Shown here one piece after another: positions 22,958 through 34,799 of a stretch of 64,000 nt of DNA. This DNA comes from Iphione sp. A-MEVVRFRX5. Its lineage: Eukaryota. Both the position numbers and the translations under genes were made by a program. Position 1 is the first letter of the stretch; the number at the start of each line of letters is the position of its first letter. The stretch is taken from assembly GCA_976226885.1 (NCBI GenBank), contig OZ320315.1, positions 97,278,001-97,342,000 on the forward strand, written 5' to 3'. A model generated the notes under the pieces. The model was given only the letters and a program-made list of their open reading frames with translations. It was not told the origin of the DNA and did not search any database.

Positions 22958-25760
22958 ATAAGATAAGATAAGATAAGATAATCATTTATTCATCCAAATT
23001 TTGCCTTGAAAAGGCGCTTTTCAAACTCCGATGCACATGAGGCAGTATATACAGTTAGTTTACACAGATACAAACATGCATATACCTGACTCAGGATTGG
23101 GTATTTATAACAGTTACAAATTGGAGACAGTAAACAATAACAGAAATACAGTGTTACATTTTTCTAAGTTTACACATTGGAAAAGATTGTAACTTTGCTA
23201 GAGTTCATTTGGCATATCTGGCTAAGAGTTTGAATAGGTCCATTGACTCTATACTTCTTAGGAATGGATCCAGTTCATTGATAGGTCATGGATCCAGTCT
23301 TTCAAAGCTTGATAGTGTATGGATTTCCTAATCAATTCAGTTCTGGGTTTATTCACACGTAATAACTGAGCATCATGTTGTCGAGTAATTGTTGGAGTTT
23401 GTCTTGGTAAAAGTCCAAGTCTGTTCAGATTATGTAAAATACTTAGAGTGAATAATTTTCTTCTCTGGGATAGGGTCATGAAGTTGAATTGTACATGTAA
23501 ATCAGCACTTGATAGCATATTCCTACTCCTACTATAGTCCTTGTGACAGGTGTATATTACTGCCAGAGCTCTATTTTGCAGTCTTTGTAGTGTGTTTAAG
23601 TCATGTTTAATGCAACAATTTAGCATTACCGTTGAGTAATCAACATGTGGTAATATAAAGCCTTTATTTAGACGTATCATATCAGTGCAAACCAAGTATG
23701 GCCTTAACTTATACAGTAAGGTAATTTTCTGTGATGTTTTCTTTATGACTTTGACGATTTCATTCTTGAATTTCATATCAGTTGTTAACTCAATGCCAAG
23801 GTATGTGTATGATTCACATATTCAATCTTTTGTCCTTTTCCTTTGATTGCATGAAGTGGTTTCTGATGGTTTACATAAACAGGTAGAATTTTTGTTTCAC
23901 TTACATTGATCACAAGTTTATTTTTACAGCACCATTCTATGAGTTGATTGACAACTTGTTCAGTTTTATAGTATAATTCCTTTGTGTCATAACATGAAAC
24001 TAGTATCAACGTATCATCTGCAAATAGTGTTATGTCTGAGTTAATCGAATCAGGTAGATTGTTAATAAACATTGAGAACAGTAGCGGTCCAAGAGTTGAA
24101 CCTTTAGGTACTCCTATGTTGACATTCTTTATTGCAGATTTGTACCCATTGACTGTGCAAAACTGGGATCTCTGATTAAGATAGCTTGAGAATAATTTAG
24201 TTGCTTGGTCGCTAAAGTTGTATTCACTTCTAGGTTTATACAATAATAGTATCAAATGCTTTGCGTAGATCTAGACACGGCACATTACTGTTTATACAAG
24301 CATTGATGTTAGCATATATCTTGTTGGAGACAGTGAAGATAGCTTCACGAGTCCCTCTCCCTTCCCGAAAGCCAAATTGTTCTGGTGCTAGTTGGTTTCC
24401 ATTTTCAAGATAACTGTACAGTTGATTATAGATCAGTTTTTCAAATATTTTGGTAGGAGCTGATAGTAATGAGATAGGTCTATAATTGTCTAGACAGGAA
24501 CTGTCACCCTTCTTGAATAATGGTACTACTTTAGCAGTCTTCCAATCTTCTGGGAAGGTAGCAGAGTGGATACATAAATTAAATAATTTGGTGAGTTGGT
24601 CTAGACAATGCTTGCAATACTGATGAAGTGATCATTGAATCTGTTTGGTACGCTGCCCTGTAACTTCTTTAAGAACTGTCCAGTATTCAGCACTATTTTT
24701 GCGACAGTCATACAGTTTTTTCTTGTAATAAAAAGCCTTATGAATAGCAACACTCTTTTTTACTTGTGCTTTTGAGAGGCAGCTATTCTATTTGTTTCCA
24801 GATCTTTGCGCTCCTTGGCTTTCTTCCTGTAGTAATTCTTTAATCTTATATTCTTTAATAATGTTTTTGTCATCCAAGGTGTTTTGTTAACAATAGGAAC
24901 TTTCTGCAAAATTTCAGGAGTCGTTTGATCAAGACAGCTGATCATATTCCTTTTAATTGTTTCCCAGGCTGTATTGACATTTTCTGTATTGTAAAGTTCA
25001 TACCAGTTACTACTCTTTGAGGTCAGCCGTGTATTGACTCAGGATTTCTTTATTACATTTTCTGTAGGTAATAGTTTTCTGGGAGTTATCATTAATCAAT
25101 TTGTGAGAAATTTTCTTGCAAATAAATGACATCATGTGATCTGATAGACCAACGTCAATATTACCTGCCTTAATAATATGTTTACAATTGCTCGAGATAG
25201 TATCAATCGTTGATGCAGAATTCAAAACAGTTCTAGTTGGACCCAGTATGTGATTCGACAAGAAATATGCTTGTAGCAGACGATCAAATTTCTTTTTGTT
25301 TATGCAGTTCATTCTCCTTAGATCAATATTGATATCCCCAATTACATAGATGTCTCTATTCAGGTTAAGATTCATTAGTTTGTCATTGAGCCTAGATATA
25401 AAGTTATTAATTGAGCCAGATGGAGGCCTGTATACATTTACAATTATTGTTTTTTTCATTTTACCTGGAGCAATTTCTAATACATGTACCTCTTTATCTC
25501 TATTAATCAAGTGCCATTTTTGTTGGAAGTCATTAATAACGAAATGATCCCTATAGTATACTAGCAGACCACCTCCATTCTTGATCTGAATACTATGATC
25601 ACTACTACTGCATCTGTCTGCTCTGGCTAGACAGTAACCTGAGATTTCCACAAGACAGTCTGGGATATGATTATTCAACCAGCTTTCTTGTAGAACTAGA
25701 ATATTGATGTTAAGATCATATAAATACACTAGTATATATATATCGAGTAAGGGGGGGGGG
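22958..25760 (-). mobile_element. LINE copy F ORF2 (APE-RT, frameshifted) with AATAAA + (TTATC)n tail
   Basis: APE LQESWL, NVYRPPSG, GDINID, STID, SDH (25010..25954). RT GVPKGSTLGPLLF and FADD (23785..24255). C-terminal region 23258..23776. AATAAA 22990-22985 and tail 22980-22958. Confidence 0.92.
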
Positions 25761-25898
25761 GGGAGAGGCATACGCCTGCTGAATACATTGCAATTGATAA
25801 GTATTAACACATGAATGACACAATATAGTATAGCAAGATGAGTATATACAACAATAATTACATAAACCTTAATGGTAACATGAAAGACACAGCGTAGC

Positions 25899-26330
25899 GT
25901 TGAGTGATCAACTTGCATTGTGATAAATTTATTAACGGTAAATTTAAAGTACAATAAAACAGATTAATAATATATGGATAATCATGAGCAAATGTAATTG
26001 AGAGTAACCTTGAGAGTTGTGAAATATGAGTCGTGACTAATGTTGAATGATCAGCTTGTAATATGATAAAATTGGTAAATTTAAACAAAAATTGATGACA
26101 GAGTGGGCTAGCATGAGCAAATGTGATTGAGAGTAATAGGGAAAATTGAGAATTGAGAATTGACGTTGACTGATCAACTTGCATTATGATAAACTAGTAT
26201 ATTCGAACAACAATTAATACTGGTACAGTAGGTAAGAATGAGCCAATGCGATTGAGCGTAACAGTGAGAATTGAGAGTTGAGACTGAGTCTGAGTCTGAC
26301 GTTGACTGATCAACTTGTGTTATGATAGGC
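25899..26330. repeat. Four diverged ~123-143 bp tandem units between the SGNH ORF and ORF2 of copy F
   Basis: Anchor GTTGACTGATCAACTTGCATTATGATA (or a variant) starts at 25899, 26042, 26165 and 26301. Confidence 0.8.
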
Positions 26331-26352
26331 TGGTAATTTGTATAGTTGCCAT

Positions 26353-26802
26353 TTACAGATTGCCTTGAATTGCCTTAAGCATAATATTTGCCCAAAGGTT
26401 GGCAGTTTCATTAGTGGGGTGAAGACCATCGTACGGTTTGCCAAGAAAGCACCTGTATGATTTTTTCTGATACTTGTGTACTGGGGCTTCAGTCCACGGG
26501 GTTGAGTAATGCGACATCTGATTGGTTTTAACAATCAGGTTATTGATTTGACGTATACCTTCAGAAAACTGAGTAAAGATTTTCTGAGGGATTGTAGGAC
26601 AGGCCACATCTGGTAATTTGAAGAGATTGTACCTATTGAAATCGACACTGCATATTTGGCACCAAATAAATTTTGTAGGGATGGCAAAGCTTTCTAATTT
26701 TCTCACATGCCACCCCATGATGGATGAGAAGTGGCTAAAAATTTCTGATGATGTCTGGAAGGCCGGAACAGTTGGAGATTGTCTGTATGACACATGACAC
26801 AT
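26353..26802 (-). pseudogene. C-terminal half of the SGNH hydrolase ORF of LINE copy F
   Basis: INNLIVKTN...TPW...VH...PYDGLHP...W is the D-x-x-H block, in the same position upstream of APE as the other SGNH copies. Confidence 0.7.
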
Positions 26803-26845
26803 GACTTGGTTACATATACCAGATGAGTTAGTGCATAGTCAAAAA

Positions 26846-29633
26846 TTCAATTCAATTCAATTCATTTCAATTTTTATTGTCAACACATCATTATACATTG
26901 GATAACGCTTTGGTGACATAACATATGTACAAGTACACATCTTTGCACTTTGTTAGTTAGGTTAACAGTCGATTTTTGAATAGCTTCACTGTTCCTTGGT
27001 TCTTTGTTTCATCAGGTAGGCTATTCCACTTTCTGATACCAATGTTAAGCCAGTTATTGTGTACAATGTTTGTTTTTCCCTTTATTTCCCTTAACTGCTT
27101 TGATGCACCCGGCCTTGTTCTCGTTGGTTCCTTTGCATCCAGAATGCCGTTACATCAGGTGGATATTACTAAGGATCTCTATTGTGATTATCTCATTTAA
27201 TTGAGGTATGCATGTTGAGCGATAAATTTCTTCGATTTTCCTTCTACATGGTATCCCTAGGACAAGACAAATTGCCTTCTCAGAGCACTTTCTTAATGAT
27301 TCTTCAACATTTTTGTTAATTTCTGGTAGGTATGTCGCACAATACATTGTGTGGAATAATCATAGTTCTGAAGAGTGCAATTCTAGTGTTAACTGGCAGA
27401 CATTGCCTTATCTTGCTAATGCTGTAAGCGCTGGCACATACTTTTTGTTTTAGCTTACTGGCCTGGACTGTCCATTTCATCCTGTCTTCCAAATGATATC
27501 CTAGGATGGTCAGAAGATTTCTTTTCGTTAGTCCTTGGACCTTACTTGTATCTATTACATTGGACCCTCGTCTAATCACTTGGTAACCACTTTTTTCAGT
27601 ATTTAAAATTAGGCCATGAATCTTTGTCCACCTTAGCATATGATCCCTGCACTGTATCGCCATATAGTACCATCGTGATATCATCTGCATAGTCAGTTGA
27701 TTTGGCACATTCTGGTAGGTTTTCAGATATTGTATTAACCACAACGTTGAAAGCCAGCGAGCCAATATGGCTTCCTTGTTGAACGCCAATGTCCTGTTCC
27801 CTCTTACTCGACTTAAATGTTCCTATGACCACTTGCTGTTCCCGCCCACTAAAGTAGTTATTTAGGAGCCCCATAATTTTTTGTCCGAAGCCAATATCGC
27901 TGAGTGTCTGTAGTACTAGGTCTCTGTTTAGAAGGTCGAAGGCTTTTGATAAATCAAATGTCACTATTCGCACCTCTTTACCTTGTTCTAGGCCCTTTGC
28001 TATGTTTAGTTGTATATTCATAGCAGTTTTTGTTGAATGCCCCCTAAGGAACCCAGGCTGCCCCTGATCCCAGTAGTTGTGTTTGTCAAGTTTGTTTTGT
28101 GTTTGTCAAGTTTGTTTTGAATGCAATTACAAATTACTTTTTCAAATATTTTCCCTGGCATTGGCAATGTTGTTATGGGTCGGTAATTGCCTATTTCCTC
28201 TCTATTACCCCCTTTGTGGACTGGGACTACCTGCCCCAGCTTCCATTCGGTGAAGACGACTCTAAGCAATTATTAAATAGATTGGTCACCCTTTTCACAT
28301 CGATCATCATGATGTCATTTAAGATTCTCACTGGCAGATTTAGCACTTTTGATAATTTATGTACATTTACATTCAATATTGCTCTTTCAATCTTATCTTG
28401 TCCAAAAGATCCTATGTCAATTCTGTCTAACCCCCCCCCCCTCCACATATTCACCTGTGGGTTGGTATTGATGGACAGTTGCTTTATTTTGTCGATGTAG
28501 TAGTTATTGAAAGTCTCCGCGTTGTCACCCCTTGGTACATATTTCCCATTCATTTTGAGTGTTGCCTCCCCATCTTTGTTTGATCTGCCTAGCTGGTCAT
28601 TGATAATTTGCCACGTTTTCTTGGAGTCCCCTTCTGCTCTACTGATTAAGTTCAGGTAGTGTTCATTTATTTCCCTTTTTATACCTTTTCTCACTAGCTT
28701 GTCTAGGTATAGGTATATTCTCCTAGCATCTACATCATCAAACTTCCTTGATTTTTTCAGAAAATACTTTTTGTCCTTGATTAGATTTCTCAGGCCATCA
28801 GATATGGGTATACCCCTTTCCCTCTTTGTCAGGACTCGTATTGTTTTTATTGGGGCCGTCTTGTCTGCTACCATCTCACACTCCTCCATCTTCTGCCAAG
28901 TTGTCTCTACATCCTCAGGTCTGGCATCGATTTCTTTCCTAGCATTGTCCTTTAAGGCACTGGCAACATTTTCTCGAGAGTATTTACAGTACGATCTTCT
29001 ACTGATGTAAGTGAAATGATTGGTTGGTGTTTCATTCCCTAGATAGTACTTTACGCTTATACGTAGGTGATCACTGAAACCATAATCTAGTACCCCAGCT
29101 TCTTTGAAACCATGATGATTAGCAAAGGCCAGGTCTAGGTAGGTTTTGCCATGTTTCATTGTCGCCTCACTTATTAATTGGGTATATTTCCATTGTTTCA
29201 TTGATGTCATCAATTTAGATTTTTTATGGTTTGTACCCAGGCAATCAACATTGAAGTCTACAATCATTAAAACTCTACTCCTGCCATTGCAGTGTATATC
29301 CCTTACAAGTACTGAGATTTGATTTATGTAGTCATCGATATTTGATGACGGTGGTTTATAGACCACCAACAGTGTGAATTGTCGATGGTTCGGTGGTTTG
29401 ATACGAACACACAATATTTCACATATTTCAGTACAGACACACCATCGATCAAGAATTTCACTTTCTTATGACATGTTCACATATACTAGCATTCCACCGC
29501 CTACTTTCTTCTCACTAGCTGTACGATCTTGTCTGAAATTCAGATAGCCATTTATAGATAACAGCTTGTTTTCAATTTCCTTTTTTAACCACGATTCAGT
29601 AAGTGCAAATACCATAAAGTCCTTTTTGTTAAC
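26846..29633 (-). mobile_element. LINE copy E ORF2 (APE-RT), 3' part, with AATAAA + (TTGAA)n tail
   Basis: ALTESWL near 29600; VVYKPPSS, DFNVD, LDL, SDH (28227..29414); NYRPIT; DLSKAFD, QQGSHIG and YADD (27596..28021). AATAAA 26878-26873 and tail 26870-26846. Confidence 0.92.
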
Positions 29634-31955
29634 TTAAAGCAGGCCTATATAGCGAACCGTGGCTGTATTTCGCATACAGCATGGGTTCGCTATCGGTGGT
29701 GTAGGTGCAAAAGCTGTGAAAACGTTATGCAATAGCTGTGGTCAAGGGGAATAGACACGAGTAAGTAACACATGAGTGGAAGAAAGAAATAATTTATTAC
29801 ATCGAGCTAGGAAATACATTTAATCGAGTTGAAACCACACCCAATACATAGGGAAAGTGAACAATACATAAATAGAGTAAATTAACTTTCTTAAACTAGA
29901 ACATGTGGCTTTGAACAATTTATGACAATGTATGTAAATAGAACAAATCAATAAATACAATGACTGACCTGGAAGAAATATACACTTTGGAGAAGATACA
30001 CTTTGGAGAAGGTGTGGTGGCAATGTCAGTGAGGTAATTCACAATTCCATGATCATTTTCTTGCCGTTCCTCACCAGAACGACCCTGTTAACCACTGGTG
30101 GTACCATTACAGTCAATGTACGTTTGTCCCCAGCCGATTCTACATCTGATTTGATTTCTGCTGGTTTTGGTGACACGGACATGGTATGGATGGTGGTGGT
30201 GGGAGGCTTGAGTGTGTGTGACGGGACTAGTATATGGGTTTTCAGAGTGGTTTGGTCCGAGCATGTTGTCTGCACTTTAGGAGGAGGGGGTTGCAGTGAA
30301 TTAATGATTCTCTGTTGCAAATCGAGAGAAGGCCTCTTATATACGCGAACAGCATTTGACCTGTGGCCGCTACGGGACATTATGGCTTGTTCATCGAACT
30401 GATTCTCATACAAGGTAGTACACAGGGTGACCTTTGCTGAATGACCTGAAATATTCTTCCCAACAGTAGGAATACCAGCAGCACTGAACATTGCTTGCAT
30501 ATAACCAGATAACTTGTTTATCCCAACATGCTGGACACTAAATACCACCTTGCCATTGGCATTGGGCATTGGACGGCAATAGAATCGACCGGCCGGGGAA
30601 TTGCCTGCAAGTAAGTACGAAACAACTTGACAACACATCGTGGATTATCAGCTTGCTCAAAGTGACTTGACGTGGTGTACATCATGAATTTACTGTACCA
30701 GTCACAGTCTTGGCTAGCCTACCACTGAATTGAATGAATCTTGAATCATCACGTTCCCTCCCAACTGTATACTGCTCTGCCATGAGATTTGTGTGCTCAT
30801 CTTTAGCCCAGAAACCGAATATTTTTCCATTATAGAAATAGACCCCATAGGATAGGGCTTGAGCTGAGTCAAAGCCTATGACGTCCGTATCCCACAGTTG
30901 CTGTTCCTCGTCCATAGATATGGGGTCCACGTGATTAACTTGAGAACCAATGCCTTTCCCAATAAGCACTTTCCTTCCGGCATCAAGGGCATCCCTGAAA
31001 AGCTTTAAGTGCGGATGTTCTTTTTTCAGTAACCAAATATCTGCCTGATGCATGACATCCCTCATGTATCGTTGAAGAGAGGCAGCAATTTGAGTGAGTG
31101 TAGCTGAAAATGTAAAAAAAAATGCCATAAGAATGTTGGCTAAATGAGGGGCGTTTTATGGGGGGGGGATTGAAAAATTCCTTACCTGGAGGATAATCTG
31201 TTATAACGAATCTCTGTTATGCGAATCTCTGTTATAACAGGCCAACCAGTAATCAAGGAGTGGTATGTCATCAGTATCCAGATCGGGGGCTGGCCAATGT
31301 GGGTCCTTGTGGGAAGCGAACTTGGAATTTCTCCAGGTTCTCCACTCTTTGAAGACCCCCTGTGCCCGGTTTGATGATTGCTCTGTATTTTTAGGGATGC
31401 GCTGGGCCAATCCAACTTGAAATTGTTCCATAGACTGGACTTGTCCAAAACGGTCATCTGAGGTAGAATCTTGTGAATTCTCCAGACTGATTTCGGTCTG
31501 CAGAGGTATTCCTTGTGATTGTTGAGATGCTTGAGATGCTTCATACTCACTCTCAATTTGTTGGACTTGAGATAAGAATTCCAAATCAAAATCAAAATTC
31601 AAATCAAAATTTGGTTGGTCCATGACAGTGAGAGGTTAATGAGCCAACTGAAGACACAGGGAGAGAGGGTTGGTATGTTAATAAGATCTTTCCTCACGTG
31701 AAGCGTCATTGGATAAATGAATACCGTGTTTGTGGGTTAATTACTGTCGTACACGATTTTACACTGTCGTATACAATTGTTGGCGGTGTCAGGGGGGTGG
31801 GGGCCCTGCTTTAAGTGAGATACATAAGCTCGTGTGTGGCTGTATCCGAAAAATACCCATGGGCAGGGGTTAATCCACTCGGCTTCGCCTCGTGAATTAC
31901 CCCTGCCCGTGGGTATATTTCGCATACTGCCACACACTCGTTATGTATCTATCAC
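29634..31955 (-). mobile_element. Crypton copy 3, apparently full length (2322 bp), inserted in the APE domain of LINE E; intron 31104-31185
   Basis: Recombinase pieces 31201..31623, 30682..31128 and 30039..30638. Perfect 12-bp inverted repeat ACTTAAAGCAGG (29632-29643) / CCTGCTTTAAGT (31805-31816). Terminal palindrome 31818-31950. Removing the element restores the LINE frame ...LKNYVNKKDFMVFALTESWL. Confidence 0.9.
31818..31950. repeat. ~57-bp-arm palindrome at the 5' terminus of Crypton copy 3
   Basis: Left arm AGATACATAAGCTCGTGTGTGGCTGTATCCGAAAAATACCCATGGGCAGGGGTTAAT pairs with the right arm 31896-31950, with a few mismatches and a 21-nt loop. Confidence 0.92.
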
Positions 31956-32459
31956 ATAGTTTTTGAGTTGCAATAGTTTATTGCCCACACTCTGCATGTT
32001 GAAGTGCATGATGGCATTCCTAGTACCTGCCATAGTGCAGTCATTTGCCCTAGATGGTCGATCCAAGACACTCCACGATGTTAGAACACCAGTTCCCAAC
32101 AATATAGTTAGGAATAGTGCCATCTTCATCCAGTAGCCCATTTCTAAAAATCGGCGAACCTTCCAGGATCTCGTGGACTGGCCACCATGTTTCCGGAGTT
32201 CGGTTTTCATGCGCTTAGTACATTCGGGACTCACCTCGGGGTCTGGGGGGTCTGTGATGCGTTTCCTTTTTAAAGGTGTGGTTAGTGTGTTGGGAGTGGG
32301 TAGGTTAGGGAATGTAACGAATTTTCTTTCCCTTTTTCGGGGTTGAAGCCGCCACGGGAGGTCTAATTCTGTCTGAATGTGTGTGTTCATATAGGCCCCT
32401 GCAATGAATAGCAGCAGGTTGTTTAAGGTATTGTTGGCGATTATGGTAGGTTCCACCAT
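31956..32459 (-). pseudogene. 5' part of LINE E ORF2: ~150-aa N-terminal extension + start of APE
   Basis: ORF 31941..32459 ends AIMHFNMQSVGNKLLQLKNYV, the APE motif I pattern (H.N.RSL.NK..EL). Confidence 0.75.
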
Positions 32460-34760
32460 CTGCAGTCATGCAGTTCATTGCCTCTAGCTGAAAAATGTGA
32501 TGGGTGTCGGCTGTCGGGGGCGTCGACTCGAAGCTGTAGCAGGCCAGGTGGTCATGAGCACCTCCTGTCAGGGAGGCATCGGCTGCTGTTGTCTTGTGGC
32601 ATGTGGTCCCGGAGGGAAGAAGGATACTCAATTGTGTAGCTGAGAAATGCCTCAGCCAATACGGGTCAGCTCTGAAGTCGTTATCAATGTCAGGTGAGGA
32701 TATGGGCCATGAACAGGCATGCAGCCAGAATGGCTTTGACTATTGACGGCACCTGACGAGTCGGCATATGGGGAAAGGCCCTGGCTTGACCGAATAGCCC
32801 AGCATGAGCTGTGACTGGACTTTGGGATCTTAATGCCTAACCACGTCACGCGTCTGGCTGTTTTTTGTGCCTTTTCTATGACATCTAGGAGATTTAGTTC
32901 TTCAAATAACTCCCTTACCCTCTGAAATGCTTGTCGAGCCTGAGCTTCTCTTCTTTCGACTACGATAAGGTCATCCAGATACATATATATATATATATAT
33001 ATGCACATAGCCCTTCCTTAGTGAGAATCCGAACTAATGCATCTGCTATCCGCTGCATGTGATTGGCAGAACAGTGGGATCCAAACGGGATGGCTGTGTC
33101 AATAAAATACTGCTTACCCCATTTGAATCCAATGAGGGGCCAGTCCAGCGGACATGTGGCAAAATTTCGATATGCTCTGGCTATGCCAAGTGTGGCTTAA
33201 TAGGGCCTTCTTTCCATCTTCCTGATAGTCGTCAGGAGGGCCTGGTTTGTAGGTAGTGTATGATCCCTTACCACTCCTAAAACCATATTTTCTCTATGTA
33301 AGCATTAACTGAATTTTGTTCTGGATAAGATATATCGAGGATGAACCTTCTTTTGTCTGTATCTCTCTTAGGCCTACTCATAATGGGAGAAGTATGGGTC
33401 TAGGGTTCAAAGGGGGGAGAACTTAATGGACCGCTTAACGCCCCATGCTTTCTTTCTCCATGTACCTGTCTATATCTTGTTGTTATTGTTTGATACTGGG
33501 CCCATGTAACCCATGGGGTAAACCATAGGTTAGTAGATCTATTAGTTGTGGGTCAGCATTTTGTGTTGTAGATATTTCCCCCAAGCAGTTTTGTTACTAG
33601 TAGTAGGCACTGGAATGTGGGCTCCCAGTAAATTTGGTCTCCCATCTTTTCTTACATTTCCTTAGATGTGCACTAAGGACTGAGACAATGGTTCTTTGCA
33701 GTTGGCCAGTGTTTTTCTTTATATGTTGCTAATTGGTGATATCAGATTGACATATTGATCTGATAAGGTCAAAATTCAATCCTTGTGATGAGGTATTACC
33801 AGGCCCCGCCTCCTGTATGTACAAGGCTAAGGCCAGGCCTACTCTATTTTGGGCTGTTGTTTACTGAACTGGGTTTGCTGATTGTTGTAGTGTCCCTGTG
33901 GCCGTCGTGGTTTGCCATTATACTGTGTATGAGGGGTACAACTGTCTTCCTACTGTGGCTACTTTTGCTATTTTCCCACAAGCAACCTTTGTGTGTGAAT
34001 GCCTGGTCCCATTTAGGGCAAAGCAGTACATATAAATGTGCAGGAATTTAGTTTCACTCTCACAGTGCGCCTCACCTTTAAGTGGGCAGACGCCATTGTC
34101 ATATTGTGGGCATGGCACCTCTATGTGATCTTGAGATGTTACCGGTGCCAGAGACAGCCTTAGTCGTTCGTACCCTTTCTTGTCTGAATTAGAACACTGA
34201 ATTCCATTTCGGTCTATCATGTCAAATACAATGTTAGACCATTCCCTAACCTTTGACCAGGACCTGTGCTGTATGTCTTGTGGAACAGATGTTCGAGTAC
34301 ATAGGGCTTATCATAACCGGGAACCGCACTCTCATCTTTCAGCATAGCCAGATAAGCTGGCAAGAACTCATGATTGCCTTTTCTGTAGTCTACATTACCT
34401 CAGTTTTCATTCTGCTGACTAGGCTGTGGTATCTAAGTAAGAATCTTGTAGTGTTGAACTGCTGGACCCCTACGGAGATCTGCTGGTGGTGGTAGGTATG
34501 AGGCCGCAGATGACTGCCGTCGAGGAAAGAAGTCTGTGCGCGCTGTGACTGGTGTTGGGTGACGTGCGTAGGTCAACTGTTGTCCCAATGTCATCTGGCT
34601 GACTTGGTGACTGTTGTGGTAGCCTTGGTTGACCAGAGCCGCATAGCCGGTTGTTCCTGTTTTTTTATTCCATTATTTTACCTGGCATTCCTGTATGGTG
34701 CCAGTCAGATTCTCCTTCTATATCTTACTAAGAAGTTCCTGTTTTATGTACCTCTTAAAT
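32305..34760 (-). mobile_element. Ngaro/DIRS-group copy 4, heavily deleted (gag, RT and RNase H remnants)
   Basis: gag HEFLPAYLAML...WSKVREWSN and VPCPQY..GVC...H (33918..34400). DIARAYRNFATCPLDWPLIG near 33190-33125. MYLDDLIVV...TWLGIKI (32652..33008). HIFQLEAMN (32305..32631). Confidence 0.85.
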
Positions 34761-34799
34761 TTCACTTTTAAATACGATACAGATTTAATGTTAAGAGTG

